Part shown: positions 63,243 through 64,000 of the stretch, piece after piece
Position numbering within the stretch: the first letter of the stretch is position 1
How the letters are laid out: each line of letters starts with the position of its first letter
Assembly (NCBI GenBank): GCA_964187785.1
Contig: OZ076420.1
Coordinates: 2,046,001-2,110,000, forward strand
From: Amphiscolops sp. MND2022
Lineage: Eukaryota
Direction: 5' to 3'
DNA length: 64,000 bases
Notes under the pieces: model-generated
Told to the model about the DNA's origin: nothing
The model's database searches: none
The model's input: the letters and a program-made list of their open reading frames with translations, nothing else
Program-made: the position numbers and the translations under genes

Positions 63243-64000
63243 AAATATATTGTTTGGACAAAATTTTCGCTTGTACATTTACTGTATTCATAACCGTCAA
63301 TAATTCTACAAAACTTCTTGAATCAATTTTTCTATACGACTAGTAACTGAATCCGAATAATTTATAACAGTTAGTCAAGAAATTGAATCAATTTTTGTGA
63401 ATTTTGCGTTGTAATCAATAATACTTGCCAACATCAAATTATATTGGCCCAAAACAGAAATACATTGTGTTGTATTCTTGGTCTCTACGGTAAAAACGGA
63501 TGGTTATTCTAGAAAGTAAACTGTTGGTATCACCTATACTGTAGTAACTTTCATATTGTAATGGTCTATATGTAGCACAACATAAATAATCAATGTTGAG
63601 AGTTTGTTTGTAAATAATCTCTCTGTCTGTTACCGTATGTTACGGAATGTTATGAGGTCATTGTTTTGGTATGATGTCACATTCCCTCCCCTACGGGGTA
63701 GTCCGGTGGGGGTTTGTTGTGTCATCTTGTACGGCTGTAGAAAGTTGACTTCATTTTCGTCTTTCCCTATTTGACGGTCGTTTTCTTCTTCACTGTTCTC
63801 CCTTGTTGTTTCCTGTAATAAATGATCACTGTTAATTAATTTTTTCTTGTTATTATTTGTTTGGTATGGTACTCCGCCTAATTTTTCGGTTTGTTTTGCA
63901 AAAGGTAGTCTATTTGAACTTCTGGCCGATTCTGTCGGTTTATTTTGGTTTTTCTTTTTATATCTACCTTGCTCCGGGGTTAAGCTGTTGTTCTTTGGGA
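63243..64000 (-). mobile_element. 3' end of another Gypsy element (pol tail, PPT, start of 3' LTR at 63681)
   Basis: Minus strand purine tract AGGGGAGGGAA directly followed by TGTGAC; upstream degenerate pol-tail-like sequence. Confidence 0.55.

Noticed and set aside
62796-63303. ORFs spanning the N gap
   Set aside because: Artefacts of undefined bases; only the spliced part 62813-63042 is retained

Overview
AT-rich eukaryotic (invertebrate-type) genomic DNA dominated by nested retroelements. The repeat and Gypsy families recall acoel flatworm genomes, but that is a recollection and was not verified. From left to right: (1) the 3' six exons of a ZP-domain transmembrane protein gene (+, 1744-11419), with one GC-AG intron and one apparent GG-AG intron; (2) about 13 kb of MITEs, HINE/Helentron-like repeats and Gypsy remnants; (3) a young 18,773-bp Ty3/Gypsy endogenous retrovirus-like element (+, 24419-43191; 346-bp LTRs differing at 2 sites, ATAC TSD) with a complex-virus layout: a 5x three-way-junction array, three small hydrophobic uORFs, extended gag, pol, an AUG-less ORF, a herpes-gB/chuvirus-like env and two further accessory ORFs; (4) an older Gypsy (-, 43944-60868, ACTTC TSD, ~1.9-kb LTRs containing the gag start) that interrupts a host coding exon and itself carries a full BEL/Pao element (47594-54535) and a 1.27-kb TIR element (54602-55867); (5) exons of an unknown host gene (-), a 200-N gap, and the 3' end of another Gypsy. 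All alignments and counts were made by eye, and family assignments rest on recalled motifs, not searches.
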